Shown: positions 9,847-20,610, numbered from the stretch's first letter. The stretch is 64,000 nucleotides of DNA from an uncultured Verrucomicrobiae bacterium (GCA_963762565.1 CAVXLD010000001.1:672001-736000); one strand, 5' to 3'. Made by a program: numbers and translations. Notes: generated by a model from the letters alone, not told the origin.

Positions 9847-11430
9847 TCAATTGGCTGGCTCCGGAAGCTCAGAGTGCGCTTCGGGAATCTTAACCGTACC
9901 GGTTACAGGCACCGAGAGTTTCGAACAGACAAGGAGAACAACCGCCACCGCCAGGTAGCTCAAAGCTACAGCCGGCGACTGTCCGAAGCCGATTTTTTCG
10001 CCATGGATAAATCCAAAGAAAGCGAGCACTGCACCTGCCAGCGCAAAAACTACGGCCCTGATGAATTGTCGATCAATAATGAAGACAGCGATGGCGCCCA
10101 GGATGAGACCGGCCAGAATCGCTCCGCCACCCAGAACTTCTAAACCGCGATAGAGCACACCTTTGTCGCCCAGTTTATCGAAACCGACGGCCGCCGCACT
10201 TGTCCCCGCCGCAGTAAACGCGTTATCAATCTGAAGTTTACCCCACGCTGCTAAGTGCGGCATTAACGCCAGAACAATTGCCGGGGCATGACTTTTCGGA
10301 GTCTCCTGAAATGCCTGTGCCCCGATGAGCATACCGATGTACAAGAGGATCGGTGATATGGCCACCACCGGAACCAGAGCCATCATCAACGAGATGATGC
10401 CGAACCAGGAAAGAATGATCACCATGATGCCGGTAGCCGCGGAATAGCCAATCCTTCCTCCCATCGCTTTCCATCCGGGATGACCAATGTAGACCGCGTT
10501 GATGAAGGGATTTCCCATCAGGCAGCCGACCAAGCTCACGACGCCATCAGCGGTCAAAACTCGAGTAGTGGGAAAACTATCGCCGGCCACGGAGGCACTC
10601 TCGACGTTATCCATGGCCTCAACCAAATCGTAGATGCCGAAAGGAATCGCCGTCACCAGGATCACCCCAAGAAATTGAAAACCGGAAAACACATGGCCTA
10701 CTGCCGGGATGGGGACCGAAAACCCAAAATTAGCAAAGGCTTTCCCGAGATTTTCTATCTTCATATCGCCGTAACCGAGACCAAAGAGATTCGAACCCCA
10801 GGCGATAAGGCAACCAACAGCAATCGCGACTAATCCAGCTGGCACGCCGCGAAAATAGCGGACACCGCCAAACCAACTGGCCAAAATAATGGCGAAGCAA
10901 GTGACTCCAATGACGGGTGTCATGAACATCTCCAGAGCCGGGCGCATTGAGATAAAGGCAACGGAGACGCCTGCCAGCGTGCCTAGAAGCGCAGCCCGAG
11001 GAGTAATTTTGCGAATGATCGGTGCGATGAATCCTCCGGCCATGAGCACAAAGCTTTGAACAAAAACCCAAGTCAGTCCGGCTTCCCAGCCTTTCACCGG
11101 ATCTCCCGTTTTAGTAGCGATCGGGAACATGATCACGAATGTGACCACGAACATGTGAGGGACGCTGATGCCGGAGGGAAGCGCACAGACATCATCTCGC
11201 CCTGTGCGTTTAGCTAAGCGGTAAGCCAGCCAAGCGTAGTAAAGCGTACTTAGGCACAGCATCAAACCGGTCGCCGGCAGGATCCTCCTAAAGACGAGAT
11301 CGTCCGGCATCTTCAGCACGCCCCGCAACAGCCCGGTCAGAACGAGCAGATTGACCAGGATATTTGTACCAAAGCCGAAGAAGGCATTCCAGTCGCCTGG
11401 CGCCCATAGGTTAGGCTTAGTTCTAGTCAT
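9847..11430 (-). CDS. NCS2/AzgA-like membrane permease
   Basis: 527 aa, many TM helices, YIGHPGWKAMGGR motif; lies between two ureide hydrolases. Confidence 0.75.
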   Translation of the reverse strand: MTRTKPNLWAPGDWNAFFGFGTNILVNLLVLTGLLRGVLKMPDDLVFRRILPATGLMLCLSTLYYAWLAYRLAKRTGRDDVCALPSGISVPHMFVVTFVIMFPIATKTGDPVKGWEAGLTWVFVQSFVLMAGGFIAPIIRKITPRAALLGTLAGVSVAFISMRPALEMFMTPVIGVTCFAIILASWFGGVRYFRGVPAGLVAIAVGCLIAWGSNLFGLGYGDMKIENLGKAFANFGFSVPIPAVGHVFSGFQFLGVILVTAIPFGIYDLVEAMDNVESASVAGDSFPTTRVLTADGVVSLVGCLMGNPFINAVYIGHPGWKAMGGRIGYSAATGIMVIILSWFGIISLMMALVPVVAISPILLYIGMLIGAQAFQETPKSHAPAIVLALMPHLAAWGKLQIDNAFTAAGTSAAAVGFDKLGDKGVLYRGLEVLGGGAILAGLILGAIAVFIIDRQFIRAVVFALAGAVLAFFGFIHGEKIGFGQSPAVALSYLAVAVVLLVCSKLSVPVTGTVKIPEAHSELPEPAN

Positions 11431-11459
11431 AACTGATTCTCAACGTGTTAGTCCTGATT

Positions 11460-12167
11460 TCACACCGGCGCTCGATGCGCCGGCGCGTCCTTGCCAAGAG
11501 CAGCGAGCAGGCGGGCCGAGTTCGATACCCAGCCGAAGATGCCGCCTTGTGCCTTGATCATTTTCAATCCCATGTCCTGAAATTCCGGAAAGTAGGAGCC
11601 AACACAGTCTTCCAACACCAGGCATTCGTAACCCCGGTCATTCGCTTCACGCACGGTGGTGTTAACGCAGACCTCTGTGGTGACTCCGGTGACCACCAGC
11701 TTCTGAATTCGACGATTCTGGAGGATGGCCTGGAGGTCAGTCCCGAAAAACGCGCCCTTCCCTGGCTTATCCACGACTGGCTCCGAAACCAGTGGATATA
11801 ACTCGGGAATGATGTCGTGTCCGGCTTCGCCGCGGACCAAGATGCGCCCCATCGGTCCATGGTCGCCGATCGAAATCTTGCTTCGGCCCCGTTCCCTTTT
11901 TGAAGGCGGAAGGTCGCTCAGATCTGGGCGATGACCTTCCCGAGTATGGATAACCTGGAGACCGGCCGCTCGCCAGATCGTCAGAAGTTGCCGATTGGGT
12001 TGTATGGTCCGCCGGAGTCGTGAAACATCATTGCCGAGCATTTCCCCGAAGCCGCCTGGCTCCAGAAAATCACGCTGCATATCGATGATCAAAAGGGCGG
12101 TATAAGCCGGGTTGAACTCGTAAACGTAAGGCTCGGCCTCTACGCTCACGGTGCTGCTCAGGTTCAT
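11460..12167 (-). CDS. trtA: Cysteine hydrolase, probable triuret hydrolase
   Basis: IDMQRDFLEPGGFGEMLGNDV, GPMGRILVRGE, VTTEVCV, SYFPEF, AQGGIFGW match the TrtA-type paralogue that accompanies BiuH. Confidence 0.75.
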   Translation of the reverse strand: MNLSSTVSVEAEPYVYEFNPAYTALLIIDMQRDFLEPGGFGEMLGNDVSRLRRTIQPNRQLLTIWRAAGLQVIHTREGHRPDLSDLPPSKRERGRSKISIGDHGPMGRILVRGEAGHDIIPELYPLVSEPVVDKPGKGAFFGTDLQAILQNRRIQKLVVTGVTTEVCVNTTVREANDRGYECLVLEDCVGSYFPEFQDMGLKMIKAQGGIFGWVSNSARLLAALGKDAPAHRAPV

Positions 12168-12238
12168 GGCAGTGGGGATGTTTCCGGCACTCGCTCAAAA
12201 CGAAAACCGTCAGTGAACGAAGGCGCCAGACCCCGTAA

Positions 12239-12254
12239 AGCATCACGGATGCCA
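12239..12254 (-). promoter_or_regulatory. Putative sigma54 (-24/-12) promoter for trtA-permease-biuH
   Basis: Minus strand TGGCATCCGTGATGCT: TGGCA with GG-N10-GC spacing, about 70 bp upstream of trtA. Confidence 0.65.
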
Positions 12255-12277
12255 TACGGCGCGAGATTGTTGCGAAT

Positions 12278-12461
12278 GTGGAGTGTGCCTCGCTTGCGAG
12301 GCAGTGGTGAGCAACGCCGTCGATCGCGTACGCCTGTCGTCTAGATACGCTCTTCCGCGTGGAGAGCTATATATTGGGGTGGCAGAGCGCAGATGAAAAT
12401 GAGGTGCGCATCACGATATTCCCTTGCTTACCACGGCCTCGCAAGCGAGGCAGCGCTCCAC
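12278..12461. repeat. REP/MITE-like element, family C (GTGGAGYGYGCCTCGCTTGCGAGGC ... GCCTCGCAAGCGAGGC..GCTCCAC)
   Basis: Inverted arms; second copy about 23301-23549, half copy 6743-6768. Confidence 0.85.
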
Positions 12462-12522
12462 GGAACGCTTGCCTCGCCAAAGCAGTTGACTGTTTTTACT
12501 CGTTCAGAACAAATTCCGGCAC

Positions 12523-14361
12523 ATGAAGGACTTATCGGGTCTGTCTTTGGATATCGTCACATTGCGGAGCGGTTACCGTTCTGGTGCTTTCACTCCTACG
12601 GATATCATCGAAGAAATTTATCGACGGATTCGAGCATTAGAGAACAACCCAGTGTGGATCTATCTTGTCCCGAAAGCGGTCGCAATCGCAGCAACCAAAG
12701 CGTTGCCCGATTTAACGAACAAACCGCTGTTTGGGATTCCTTTTGCTGTCAAAGACAACATCGATGTGGCCAACCTTCCAACTACCGCGGGCTGTCCTGA
12801 GTTCAGTCATGTGGCGGAAGAGAACGCGACCGTTGTACAGCGACTTCTCGACGAAGGCGCTATCCTGATCGGCAAAACAAACCTCGATCAATTCGCGACA
12901 GGGCTGGTCGGCGTTCGCTCGCCTTACGGCGCCTGCCGAAACCCATTTGATCCGGACTATATTTCCGGTGGCTCAAGCTCCGGCTCCGCCGTGGCGGTGG
13001 CAGCGGGTTTGGTGAGTTTTGCCCTCGGCACTGATACGGCAGGCTCGGGGCGGGTCCCGGCTGCCTTCGCTAATATTGTCGGCCTGAAGCCGACTAAGGG
13101 AGTTTTGAGTACGAGAGGCGTGGTGCCAGCCTGCCGGTCATTGGATTGTGTCTCGATCTTTTCTTTGACTCCGGATGATGCGGAAACGGTGTTTGAGGTC
13201 GCCGCGACTTATGACCCTCAAGATTCGTACTCGCGGCAATATCATCCGACGGCAACACCGGCAAAGACTTGGCGCATCGGTGTTCCGCTCGACCTACAGC
13301 TTGACCAAGTCGAGGACCAATACCGCAGGCTGTTCACGGAAGCGATGAACCGTTTCAGGTCACTCGGCCATACGATCGTCACCATCGACGCCAAACCATT
13401 TTTGGAAGTAGCCAACCTGCTTTATGGCGGGCCCTGGGTAGCAGAACGTTTCGCGGCGGTCGGCAAATTTGTTAAAGATCATTTGGACTCCGTGCACCCG
13501 GTCGTGCGCGAAATCATCCTGGGTGGAGAAAAGTTCACCGCGGTCGACGCGTTTAACGCGCAATATCGCCTGGAACAGCTTCGACAAGAAACCCTCACGG
13601 CTTGGGAGTCGATCGACGTTTTACTCCTGCCGACAGCGCCAAATATTTATCGCAGCGAAGAGATTGAACGAGAACCCGTTTCCCTAAACAGCCGGCTTGG
13701 AATCTTTACCAATTTCACCAATCTGCTCGACTTAGCGGCCATCGCAGTCCCAGCCGGATTCCGCAGCGACGGCTTACCCTTTGGCATCACGCTGCTAGGC
13801 CTCGGCTTTTCGGAACACGGGCTCTTCGCTCTGGCGAAGAGTTATCTGGAATCACTTCTTCCGGCTCTGGGAGCGAGCAAAGCCACCTATCCCGCAGCCC
13901 AACCGCAACCGGGCGGACTCCAGACTCGACCGGATGGGGTCATGCTGGCGGTGGTAGGTGCTCACCTAACCGGCGAGCCGTTAAACTACCAACTCCCGGA
14001 CCTGAGCGCTCGGTTTGTTGCCTGCACCAGGACAGCTCCTATCTATCGCCTGTTCGCGCTCCAGGGTACTTCACCAGCTAAACCCGGTCTGGTCCAAGTG
14101 AACCCGGGAACCGGTTCCTCGATCGAGGTGGAGGTCTGGGAAATGCCGGTTCACGAATTCGGTAAATTTGTACAAAGCGTTCTCTCTCCACTGTCGATCG
14201 GCACGGTTCACCTTGAGAACGGGCAGCAGGTAAAAGGTTTCCTCTGTGAGGGCATCGCAACAAACGGTGCAGCGGATATCACTGAGTTTGGCGGCTGGAA
14301 GAATTATCTTAAGAACCTCAGTGACCCCAGCCCGGAAGTACCTGGGCACAATTCCGACTGA
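12523..14361 (+). CDS. atzF: Allophanate hydrolase
   Basis: Amidase signature (VKDNID, GGSSSGS, GTDTAGSGRVPA) plus C-terminal AVVGAHL...GGW domain. Confidence 0.95.
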   Translation: MKDLSGLSLDIVTLRSGYRSGAFTPTDIIEEIYRRIRALENNPVWIYLVPKAVAIAATKALPDLTNKPLFGIPFAVKDNIDVANLPTTAGCPEFSHVAEENATVVQRLLDEGAILIGKTNLDQFATGLVGVRSPYGACRNPFDPDYISGGSSSGSAVAVAAGLVSFALGTDTAGSGRVPAAFANIVGLKPTKGVLSTRGVVPACRSLDCVSIFSLTPDDAETVFEVAATYDPQDSYSRQYHPTATPAKTWRIGVPLDLQLDQVEDQYRRLFTEAMNRFRSLGHTIVTIDAKPFLEVANLLYGGPWVAERFAAVGKFVKDHLDSVHPVVREIILGGEKFTAVDAFNAQYRLEQLRQETLTAWESIDVLLLPTAPNIYRSEEIEREPVSLNSRLGIFTNFTNLLDLAAIAVPAGFRSDGLPFGITLLGLGFSEHGLFALAKSYLESLLPALGASKATYPAAQPQPGGLQTRPDGVMLAVVGAHLTGEPLNYQLPDLSARFVACTRTAPIYRLFALQGTSPAKPGLVQVNPGTGSSIEVEVWEMPVHEFGKFVQSVLSPLSIGTVHLENGQQVKGFLCEGIATNGAADITEFGGWKNYLKNLSDPSPEVPGHNSD

Positions 14362-14371
14362 GCGCGAATGT

Positions 14372-14623
14372 TGTCCCGGAGGGACTTTGTGATGGTAGCC
14401 TGGCATGAAATGCCTGGAAACCGTGCATTACCAACGCCCCGTCCCGTAGGGAACGGTATGATCAGAAGGGCTATTTGATTCGGAACACTTCATTCGGTTG
14501 CGCGTCCACGTGAATCCGATCTGTCGAGCGCCACCAATCATACCGTCCCTCCGGGACGGATCGTGTGGGGTGCGTTTCCCAGGCATTTCATGCCAGGCTA
14601 CCATCGTAAAGTCCTCCGGGACA
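14372..14623. repeat. MITE/REP-like element with about 50-bp inverted arms (family E)
   Basis: tgtcccggagggactttgtgatggtagcctggcatgaaatgcctgg ... ccaggcatttcatgccaggctaccatcgtaaagtcctccgggaca. Confidence 0.85.
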
Positions 14624-14792
14624 CAAACCTTACCTGACACTTGCCCACAAAATCGGCGCCACATCACTAGGCCCGACCGGGTTCGAGGACGAGAACGACG
14701 ACGAGGACGAGGACGAAGCCCTCAGGAGTGGCGGCCGACGTCGTAGCATCAGTATTGTTCGTTGACGTAATCTTTAGTACACTCGAGGGCAC

Positions 14793-15686
14793 ATGGGGTT
14801 CCCGAAAAAGGATCGTCTTTTAGAGCGGTTCATTCAGTACCAAGAAGTCGAGCGCTCAGCTTCTCCGCGAACTATCATTGCTTATCGCCACGCGCTCCTG
14901 CGGTTTAAACAGTTCCGCGATGTGAGCTGGGATACCGCCACGGCCGCCGATTTTCGGTTGTTCCTGCTCGAGTGCATGAAATCCGGGATGGCTCGCAGCT
15001 ATGTGCGTCTGACTTTCGCTGCGCTCAGGAGTTTTTATCGTTTCCTGACAGAACGAGCCGGGTTCAGCAATAATCCGTTAAAGGAAGTCCAGCTGCCCAA
15101 GCTGGAGAAAAAACTGCCGGTCGTTCTTTCGGTCAATCAAGTGGACGAATTGTTGAAGCAGCCGAGCCGCACCGACAGGAAAAATCAAGCTCCGGCTTGG
15201 GCAGCCGCCCGAGATGCAGCGATCTTGGAGCTGCTCTATAGCAGCGGACTGCGACTAGCCGAATTAGTGGCTCTGAACGTCGGCGACGTCGATCTTTACA
15301 CGGAATCAGTTCGTGTTTTCGGCAAAGGCAGGAAGGAACGAGTTGTCCCGGTAGGTATGCCTGCGTTAGAAGCGATTCAGAAATACCGGTCGCAAGCGAG
15401 CGTTCATAGCGGCCCGCTTTTTATCAGCAAACTCCGAAAACGGATTACTGCTCGCTCCGTGTGGATGATTCTGAAGAAACATCTGAGCGAGACGTCGATC
15501 CAGTTGCCCGCGACTCCGCACAAGCTCAGGCACAGCTTTGCCACTCATCTGTTAGAGAATGGCGCGGATCTTCGCAGCGTGCAGACTCTGCTGGGTCACG
15601 AAAGCCTTTCTACGACCCAGATCTATACGCATGTCACGGTTGAGCGCCTGAAGAAGGCGTACGACGAGGCACATCCGCGAGCCTGA
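14793..15686 (+). CDS. xerC: Tyrosine recombinase, XerC/XerD family
   Basis: SGLRLAEL, GKGRKER, PHKLRHSFATH, LGH, TQIYTHV, HPRA terminus. Confidence 0.88.
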   Translation: MGFPKKDRLLERFIQYQEVERSASPRTIIAYRHALLRFKQFRDVSWDTATAADFRLFLLECMKSGMARSYVRLTFAALRSFYRFLTERAGFSNNPLKEVQLPKLEKKLPVVLSVNQVDELLKQPSRTDRKNQAPAWAAARDAAILELLYSSGLRLAELVALNVGDVDLYTESVRVFGKGRKERVVPVGMPALEAIQKYRSQASVHSGPLFISKLRKRITARSVWMILKKHLSETSIQLPATPHKLRHSFATHLLENGADLRSVQTLLGHESLSTTQIYTHVTVERLKKAYDEAHPRA

Positions 15687-15972
15687 ACCGCAGATGAATT
15701 ATCCGCAGATTACGCAGATTACGTTCTAGAGCGTCGATCCCCGTCCGGACAATAAACGCTCCTCGTCAGTCTACGTGAATTTCCTAGCCCACAGGTTGCC
15801 CGGCCTAAAACCGAAATCTGCGTAATCTGCGGATAATCCATCTTGGCTATCGGCGGTTACGACGAAAGCGCTGCTGACCTGAACGTGCCCTTAACGACCG
15901 ACTATCTGCGTATCTGTGTCCATCTGCGGTTTGAATTTCTGTCTTCGTGTTCATTCGTGTCCATTCGCGGTT
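15687..15972. repeat. 9-mer (CGCAGATTA / AATCTGCGT-type) tandem inverted repeats
   Basis: ccgcagattacgcagatt ... aatctgcgtaatctgcgg, then atctgcgtatctgtgtccatctgcgg / ttcgtgttcattcgtgtccattcgcgg; related set about 28690-28852. Confidence 0.8.
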
Positions 15973-16050
15973 TAGTTTTGGATTGTTCTCCTGCCCCGGG
16001 GCTTGCGTTGCCGGGGTTCCGGGTGTCACGTACAAGTTTCCTTTTTCGCT

Positions 16051-17859
16051 ATGTCTTCTCAAACTATCCCAACTAGAAGTGAAATTGCTGAAACCGACAC
16101 GTGGGATCTAACCAAGCTGTATCCGACCGAAGAAGACTATCAGCAAGGATTCGAACGGCTGAAAAAAGCATACCCCGGCTACGCTTCATTTAAGGGCAAA
16201 GTAGGTCAATCTGCACAGGATCTACTGAACGTTCTGGAATTCGATAAATCGATCGATCTCCTGGCTGAGAAACTTGGACATTATGTTTCGTTGAAGGCAT
16301 CAGAGGACAGCTCGGATCGAGATAATCTTGCTAGAAAGGCCGAGTTCTCAAACCTAGGGACAAAGATCAGAGAACTAGCCTCTTTTATAACTCCTGAAAT
16401 TCAGGCCATCTCGGACGAACGTTTCGCGGTTCTGATAGCAGATCCACGGCTCCAGGACTGGCGAAGGTCGCTAGAGCGGTTGAGACGTTTCCAGCCACAT
16501 ACGTTATCAGAAGGAGAAGAAAAAATCTTGGCCGCGGGCGCTTCCGCGATTCGGGGACATCGCGAGACCTTTTCTCAACTCACCAATGTCGACATGATCT
16601 TCGGTGTGATCCCGGATGATAGAGGTCAAGAGGTGGCGCTTTCGCAAAGCAGCTATATCTCCCTGTTGCATAACCGGGACCGAAACGTCCGGCGACAAGC
16701 GTTCGATCAATTTTATCGGGAATTCTCGGATCACCGGTACACGTTGGCCTCTTCGCTATCCGCCTCAGTTCGAGCCGATGTTTTTTATGCTCGGGTGCGC
16801 AATCATCCCAGCGCGTTGGAGGGCGCTCTTTTCGGCGATAACGTGCCAGTGGCGGTATATGATAATCTGATCGTAACCGTCAGAAACAATCTATCGGCGC
16901 TGCACGATTACTATGACCTGAGAAAAGAGCTCCTCGGCCTCGACGATATCCATCAGTATGACACCTTCGTCCCGCTGTTTCCGGAGGTCGCCAAAACGGT
17001 TGAGTTCGATGGAGCCGTCGATCTTGTGACCGCTTCCCTGGAAGCCTTGGGAGATGAATATGTCGCCACGCTCCGAAACGGACTGAAATCGCGATGGGTA
17101 GATCGCTACGAAACCAAGGGTAAACGCAGCGGCGCTTTTTCCTCTTCGAGCTACAAGAACCCGCCCTTTATCTTGATGAATTATCGGGCGGACGTTCTTT
17201 CGGACGTGTTTACCCTGGCCCACGAAGCCGGTCATTCGATGCACACGTGGTTCGCCCAAGAAAACCAGCCCTTTCAGGACTATGGCTACCCTATTTTTCT
17301 GGCTGAGGTTGCCTCTACTTTTAATGAAGAACTTTTGACCCATTACTTACTGCAACGGGCCGACGACGATCGGTTACGCGCTTTTTTGATCGATCGCCAG
17401 ATCGAAGATATTCGGTCAGTGCTATTCAGGCAGACGATGTTTGCCGAGTTTGAAAAACAAATTCATGCGATCGAAGAGGAGGGTGGTCCCCTGACATTGG
17501 ATGTATTCCTGGAGCGGTACCGCGAGTTGCTGCAGGCTTATTTTGGGCCGCGATTTACGCTCGATGAGGCCCTCAACCTCGAGTGTCTCAGGATACCGCA
17601 TTTTTACTCGGCGTTTTACGTCTACAAATATGCGACCGGTATCTCAGCGGCGGTGGCTTTAGCGCAGCGGGTTCTCCATCAAGGAGCACCGGCGGTTAAG
17701 GATTATCTTGGGTTTCTGAAGTCCGGCGGTTCGCGATACCCCATTGAGACACTGGAATCAGCAGGCGTTGACATGCTCACGCCGGGCCCGATTCAAGAGA
17801 CCATTGAGTTGTTTAAGCGGCGGTTACAGGAATTGACGGAACTAGTGCGTAAGGGGTGA
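16051..17859 (+). CDS. pepF: Oligoendopeptidase F (M3B)
   Basis: TWDL, GKRSGAFS, HEAGHSMH zinc motif, AEVASTFNE, IPHFY. Confidence 0.95.
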   Translation: MSSQTIPTRSEIAETDTWDLTKLYPTEEDYQQGFERLKKAYPGYASFKGKVGQSAQDLLNVLEFDKSIDLLAEKLGHYVSLKASEDSSDRDNLARKAEFSNLGTKIRELASFITPEIQAISDERFAVLIADPRLQDWRRSLERLRRFQPHTLSEGEEKILAAGASAIRGHRETFSQLTNVDMIFGVIPDDRGQEVALSQSSYISLLHNRDRNVRRQAFDQFYREFSDHRYTLASSLSASVRADVFYARVRNHPSALEGALFGDNVPVAVYDNLIVTVRNNLSALHDYYDLRKELLGLDDIHQYDTFVPLFPEVAKTVEFDGAVDLVTASLEALGDEYVATLRNGLKSRWVDRYETKGKRSGAFSSSSYKNPPFILMNYRADVLSDVFTLAHEAGHSMHTWFAQENQPFQDYGYPIFLAEVASTFNEELLTHYLLQRADDDRLRAFLIDRQIEDIRSVLFRQTMFAEFEKQIHAIEEEGGPLTLDVFLERYRELLQAYFGPRFTLDEALNLECLRIPHFYSAFYVYKYATGISAAVALAQRVLHQGAPAVKDYLGFLKSGGSRYPIETLESAGVDMLTPGPIQETIELFKRRLQELTELVRKG

Positions 17860-17910
17860 TAGGGATCTTGGATCTGGCGTGAGGTCTGCGCGGTCGCAGG
17901 GCGTAAATCG

Positions 17911-18303
17911 GGGAGGGCGCGCGTCCCCGCGCGCCGCGAGGGTGGGTCCCCGCAACCGGCGATGTTAGTCTCGCCTAGCGCCTGGAGGGGAGCCGCTTTG
18001 GCCTGTTGGCAGGCCGACCCGCGGCTAAGAGGCGATGCGTGTTACCAAACCGCGAAGTGGGTTAGCAGGCGGCTCCCGGGAACGAACCCAGGGTTTCGAT
18101 TTAACCTGATACGCGACCCCGCCCGTGGTGATAAGTCTCGAAGAGAATCATGGGTTCACTGGAACGCGCTGGGTCATTCGCGGGAGCCGCCTGTTAAATT
18201 CCCGACAGAGCCTGGTTCACGACAAAGCGGCTCCCCTCCGGTCCTCGATTGCAACATGTCGTCGGCTTCGGTAACAACGGATCGCGGGGACGCGATCCCT
18301 CCC
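17911..18303. repeat. Family A REP pair enclosing a family B element (17982-18240)
   Basis: Outer gggagggcgcgcgtcc.../...gacgcgatccctccc; inner tggaggggagccgct.../...agcggctcccctcc. Confidence 0.85.
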
Positions 18304-18511
18304 CAGCCCGCGCTTCACACCTTTTGACGACGTGACAAATCCTCACCGCCGGCTGTTCAAAAAACCACACGCACTAGAATTTTTATGAAGTCGAGATTGA
18401 AATTCGAACTTCCGACTTTATTTTCCGAAGTGGTCCGGGGCTCAATGGGCGAGGGTCTCATCTGGCTTCCGGTTCTGAAGTAGTATCCAACAAAAATAGG
18501 GACAAGGGAGT

Positions 18512-18700
18512 ATGGTAAAGGAAGGAAAAGCGGCGGAAGAGACCGCCACCACGCCCGTGGCGGACGGTGTGAGTGTCTCCCAACTATCAGCAATGAACCC
18601 GAGCGAGCTTTTCAGGCTGGCGGCAGAACTCGGCTTAGCGATCGAACCTGTGCCGAGTCCTCCCATCCAAGACCTTCGGTTGAACCGGTACGTTGAGTAA
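18512..18700 (+). CDS. Small hypothetical protein (62 aa), possible Rho-N-like helical hairpin
   Basis: AAGGGAG directly upstream of ATG; LSAMNPSELFRLAAELGL pattern. Confidence 0.4.
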   Translation: MVKEGKAAEETATTPVADGVSVSQLSAMNPSELFRLAAELGLAIEPVPSPPIQDLRLNRYVE

Positions 18701-18855
18701 GCGGTGCCATGGCGATTACCGTTTGGGGAGGGCGCGCGTCCTCGCGCGCCGCGAAGACGCACCAGACCTGCTGTCGTAACGAAAACACCTGTATTGAGCA
18801 GGGATATCGGCTCCGCGAACAAACGGATCGCTGCGATCCCTCCCAGCGATGGACC

Positions 18856-19881
18856 TCAATACGCGGCCTGGGCTCCCTTGATGTTTTTCTTCTGAATCCA
18901 GGGCATTAACGAGCGGAGCTTTTGTCCGACCTTTTCGACCGGGTGTTTTTGGCCAGCGGTCAATAGATCTTTGTAAGTCGACAGGCCGTTTTTGTATTCG
19001 TCGATCCAGCCTTGAGCAAATTTTCCGTTTTGGATCTCCTTCAACGCCCGTTGCATTTTCTTCTTCACGCTCGCGTCGATGATCTTAGGACCAACCGAAA
19101 CATCACCCCACTTCGCCGTCTCGGAGATCGAGAATCGCATGCCGGCGATACCGGACTCGTACATCAGATCTACGATCAGCTTCAGTTCATGGAGACATTC
19201 GAAATAGGCCATCTCGGGCTGGTAACCGGCCTCGACCAAGGTCTCAAAACCATTCTGTACCAAGGCGGTTAGGCCGCCACAAAGCACCGTTTGCTCGCCA
19301 AAAAGGTCGGTCTCGGTCTCCTCCTTAAACGTGGTCTCCAGAACTCCGGCTCGCGTCGCTCCAATCCCCTTGGCCCAGGCCAAGGCAAGCTTTTTGGCCT
19401 TCTTTGATGGATTCTGGTAAACCGCGATCAAGGCGGGAACACCTTTACCTTCGAGGTACTGACGCCGGACGATGTGCCCAGGACCCTTCGGCGCGACCAT
19501 GATCACATCCACGTTTTCAGGTGGAACTACGGTCTTGAAGTGCACGGCGAAACCGTGACTGAAAAGCAGGGCCTTACCGGCAGCGAGATTCGGTAGGACT
19601 TCATTTTCGTAAATCGATGCAATTTTCAGGTCGGGTGTCGCGAAGAATATAATATCGGCTTTTTTAACAGCATCGGCCACTTCGAAAGTCTCGAAACCAT
19701 GTTCTTTCGCGACCGGAATCGACTTGCTGCCTTTATAGAGGCCCACGATCACATCGATTCCGCTATCCTTTAGGTTAAGGGCATGAGCATGCCCCTGAGA
19801 ACCGAACCCGATGACCGCGCAGGTCTTCCCCTGCAGGTTACTCAGGTCGGCGTCCTTATCAGTATACACTTTTGCTGGCAT
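18856..19881 (-). CDS. ilvC: Ketol-acid reductoisomerase
   Basis: [34 protein letters not shown]. Confidence 0.98.
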   Translation of the reverse strand: MPAKVYTDKDADLSNLQGKTCAVIGFGSQGHAHALNLKDSGIDVIVGLYKGSKSIPVAKEHGFETFEVADAVKKADIIFFATPDLKIASIYENEVLPNLAAGKALLFSHGFAVHFKTVVPPENVDVIMVAPKGPGHIVRRQYLEGKGVPALIAVYQNPSKKAKKLALAWAKGIGATRAGVLETTFKEETETDLFGEQTVLCGGLTALVQNGFETLVEAGYQPEMAYFECLHELKLIVDLMYESGIAGMRFSISETAKWGDVSVGPKIIDASVKKKMQRALKEIQNGKFAQGWIDEYKNGLSTYKDLLTAGQKHPVEKVGQKLRSLMPWIQKKNIKGAQAAY

Positions 19882-19904
19882 AAAAAATTGGCGCGAAAAA
19901 CCGG

Positions 19905-20381
19905 TTATTCGACTCTGGCCATAGCGACACGGCCGGTCCGAGTCAGATCACTGATCCCAAAATTCTCCATCAAACGCAGGAACTTATTGATCTTGCTTTC
20001 GTTCCCGGTGATTTCGATGGCGAGACGCTTTGGCTGAACATCTACGATCTTCGCGCGAAAGATATCGCAGATTTGCATAACTTCGGACCGATTCTCGGAA
20101 TCGGCATTCACCCGGAGCATGACCAGCTCCCGGTCCACGTAGCCACCGTCTCTAAAGTCCTGTATTTCGATGACGTCGATCAGTTTATGTAACTGTTTCG
20201 TGACCTGCTCGAGGACGGTGTCGTCGCCGCGTACTACGATCGTCATCCGAGAAGTCGAAGGATCGTTGGTCGGCGCGACATTCAAGCTGTCAATATTGAA
20301 TCCGCGCCCACTAAACATGCCCGCAACGCGTGTAAGCACGCCAAAGCGGTTCTCCACTAAAATCGAGAGTGTGTGACGCAT
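19905..20381 (-). CDS. ilvN: Acetolactate synthase small subunit
   Basis: [29 protein letters not shown] domain. Confidence 0.97.
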   Translation of the reverse strand: MRHTLSILVENRFGVLTRVAGMFSGRGFNIDSLNVAPTNDPSTSRMTIVVRGDDTVLEQVTKQLHKLIDVIEIQDFRDGGYVDRELVMLRVNADSENRSEVMQICDIFRAKIVDVQPKRLAIEITGNESKINKFLRLMENFGISDLTRTGRVAMARVE

Positions 20382-20610
20382 AGGGAAAGGACCTGAACCA
20401 TCCCGCGATCATAAATAAAATCAATCCAATTCTGGGGGTCGCGAGTCATATAGACAGAAACGTCGCGGGCGGTGGTAGCCCGCTCGGTCGCAGGTCGGAT
20501 AGGACTTATACGACTGATGGGACTTATATGACTGCGATGAACGGGGCGGCTCTATCATTTAACGAAATGCTAGAAACCTGGCTGCGGGCGTGCAATTCTG
20601 CCGCGCTGCT

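Noticed and set aside
12170..12260. Riboswitch (e.g. guanidine) upstream of the hydrolase operon
   Set aside because: No recognisable aptamer consensus; the sigma54-like motif explains the region better. An Rfam scan would settle it.
14793..15686. Phage or island integrase
   Set aside because: Length, motifs and the HPRA terminus fit housekeeping XerC/D; no mobile cargo nearby.
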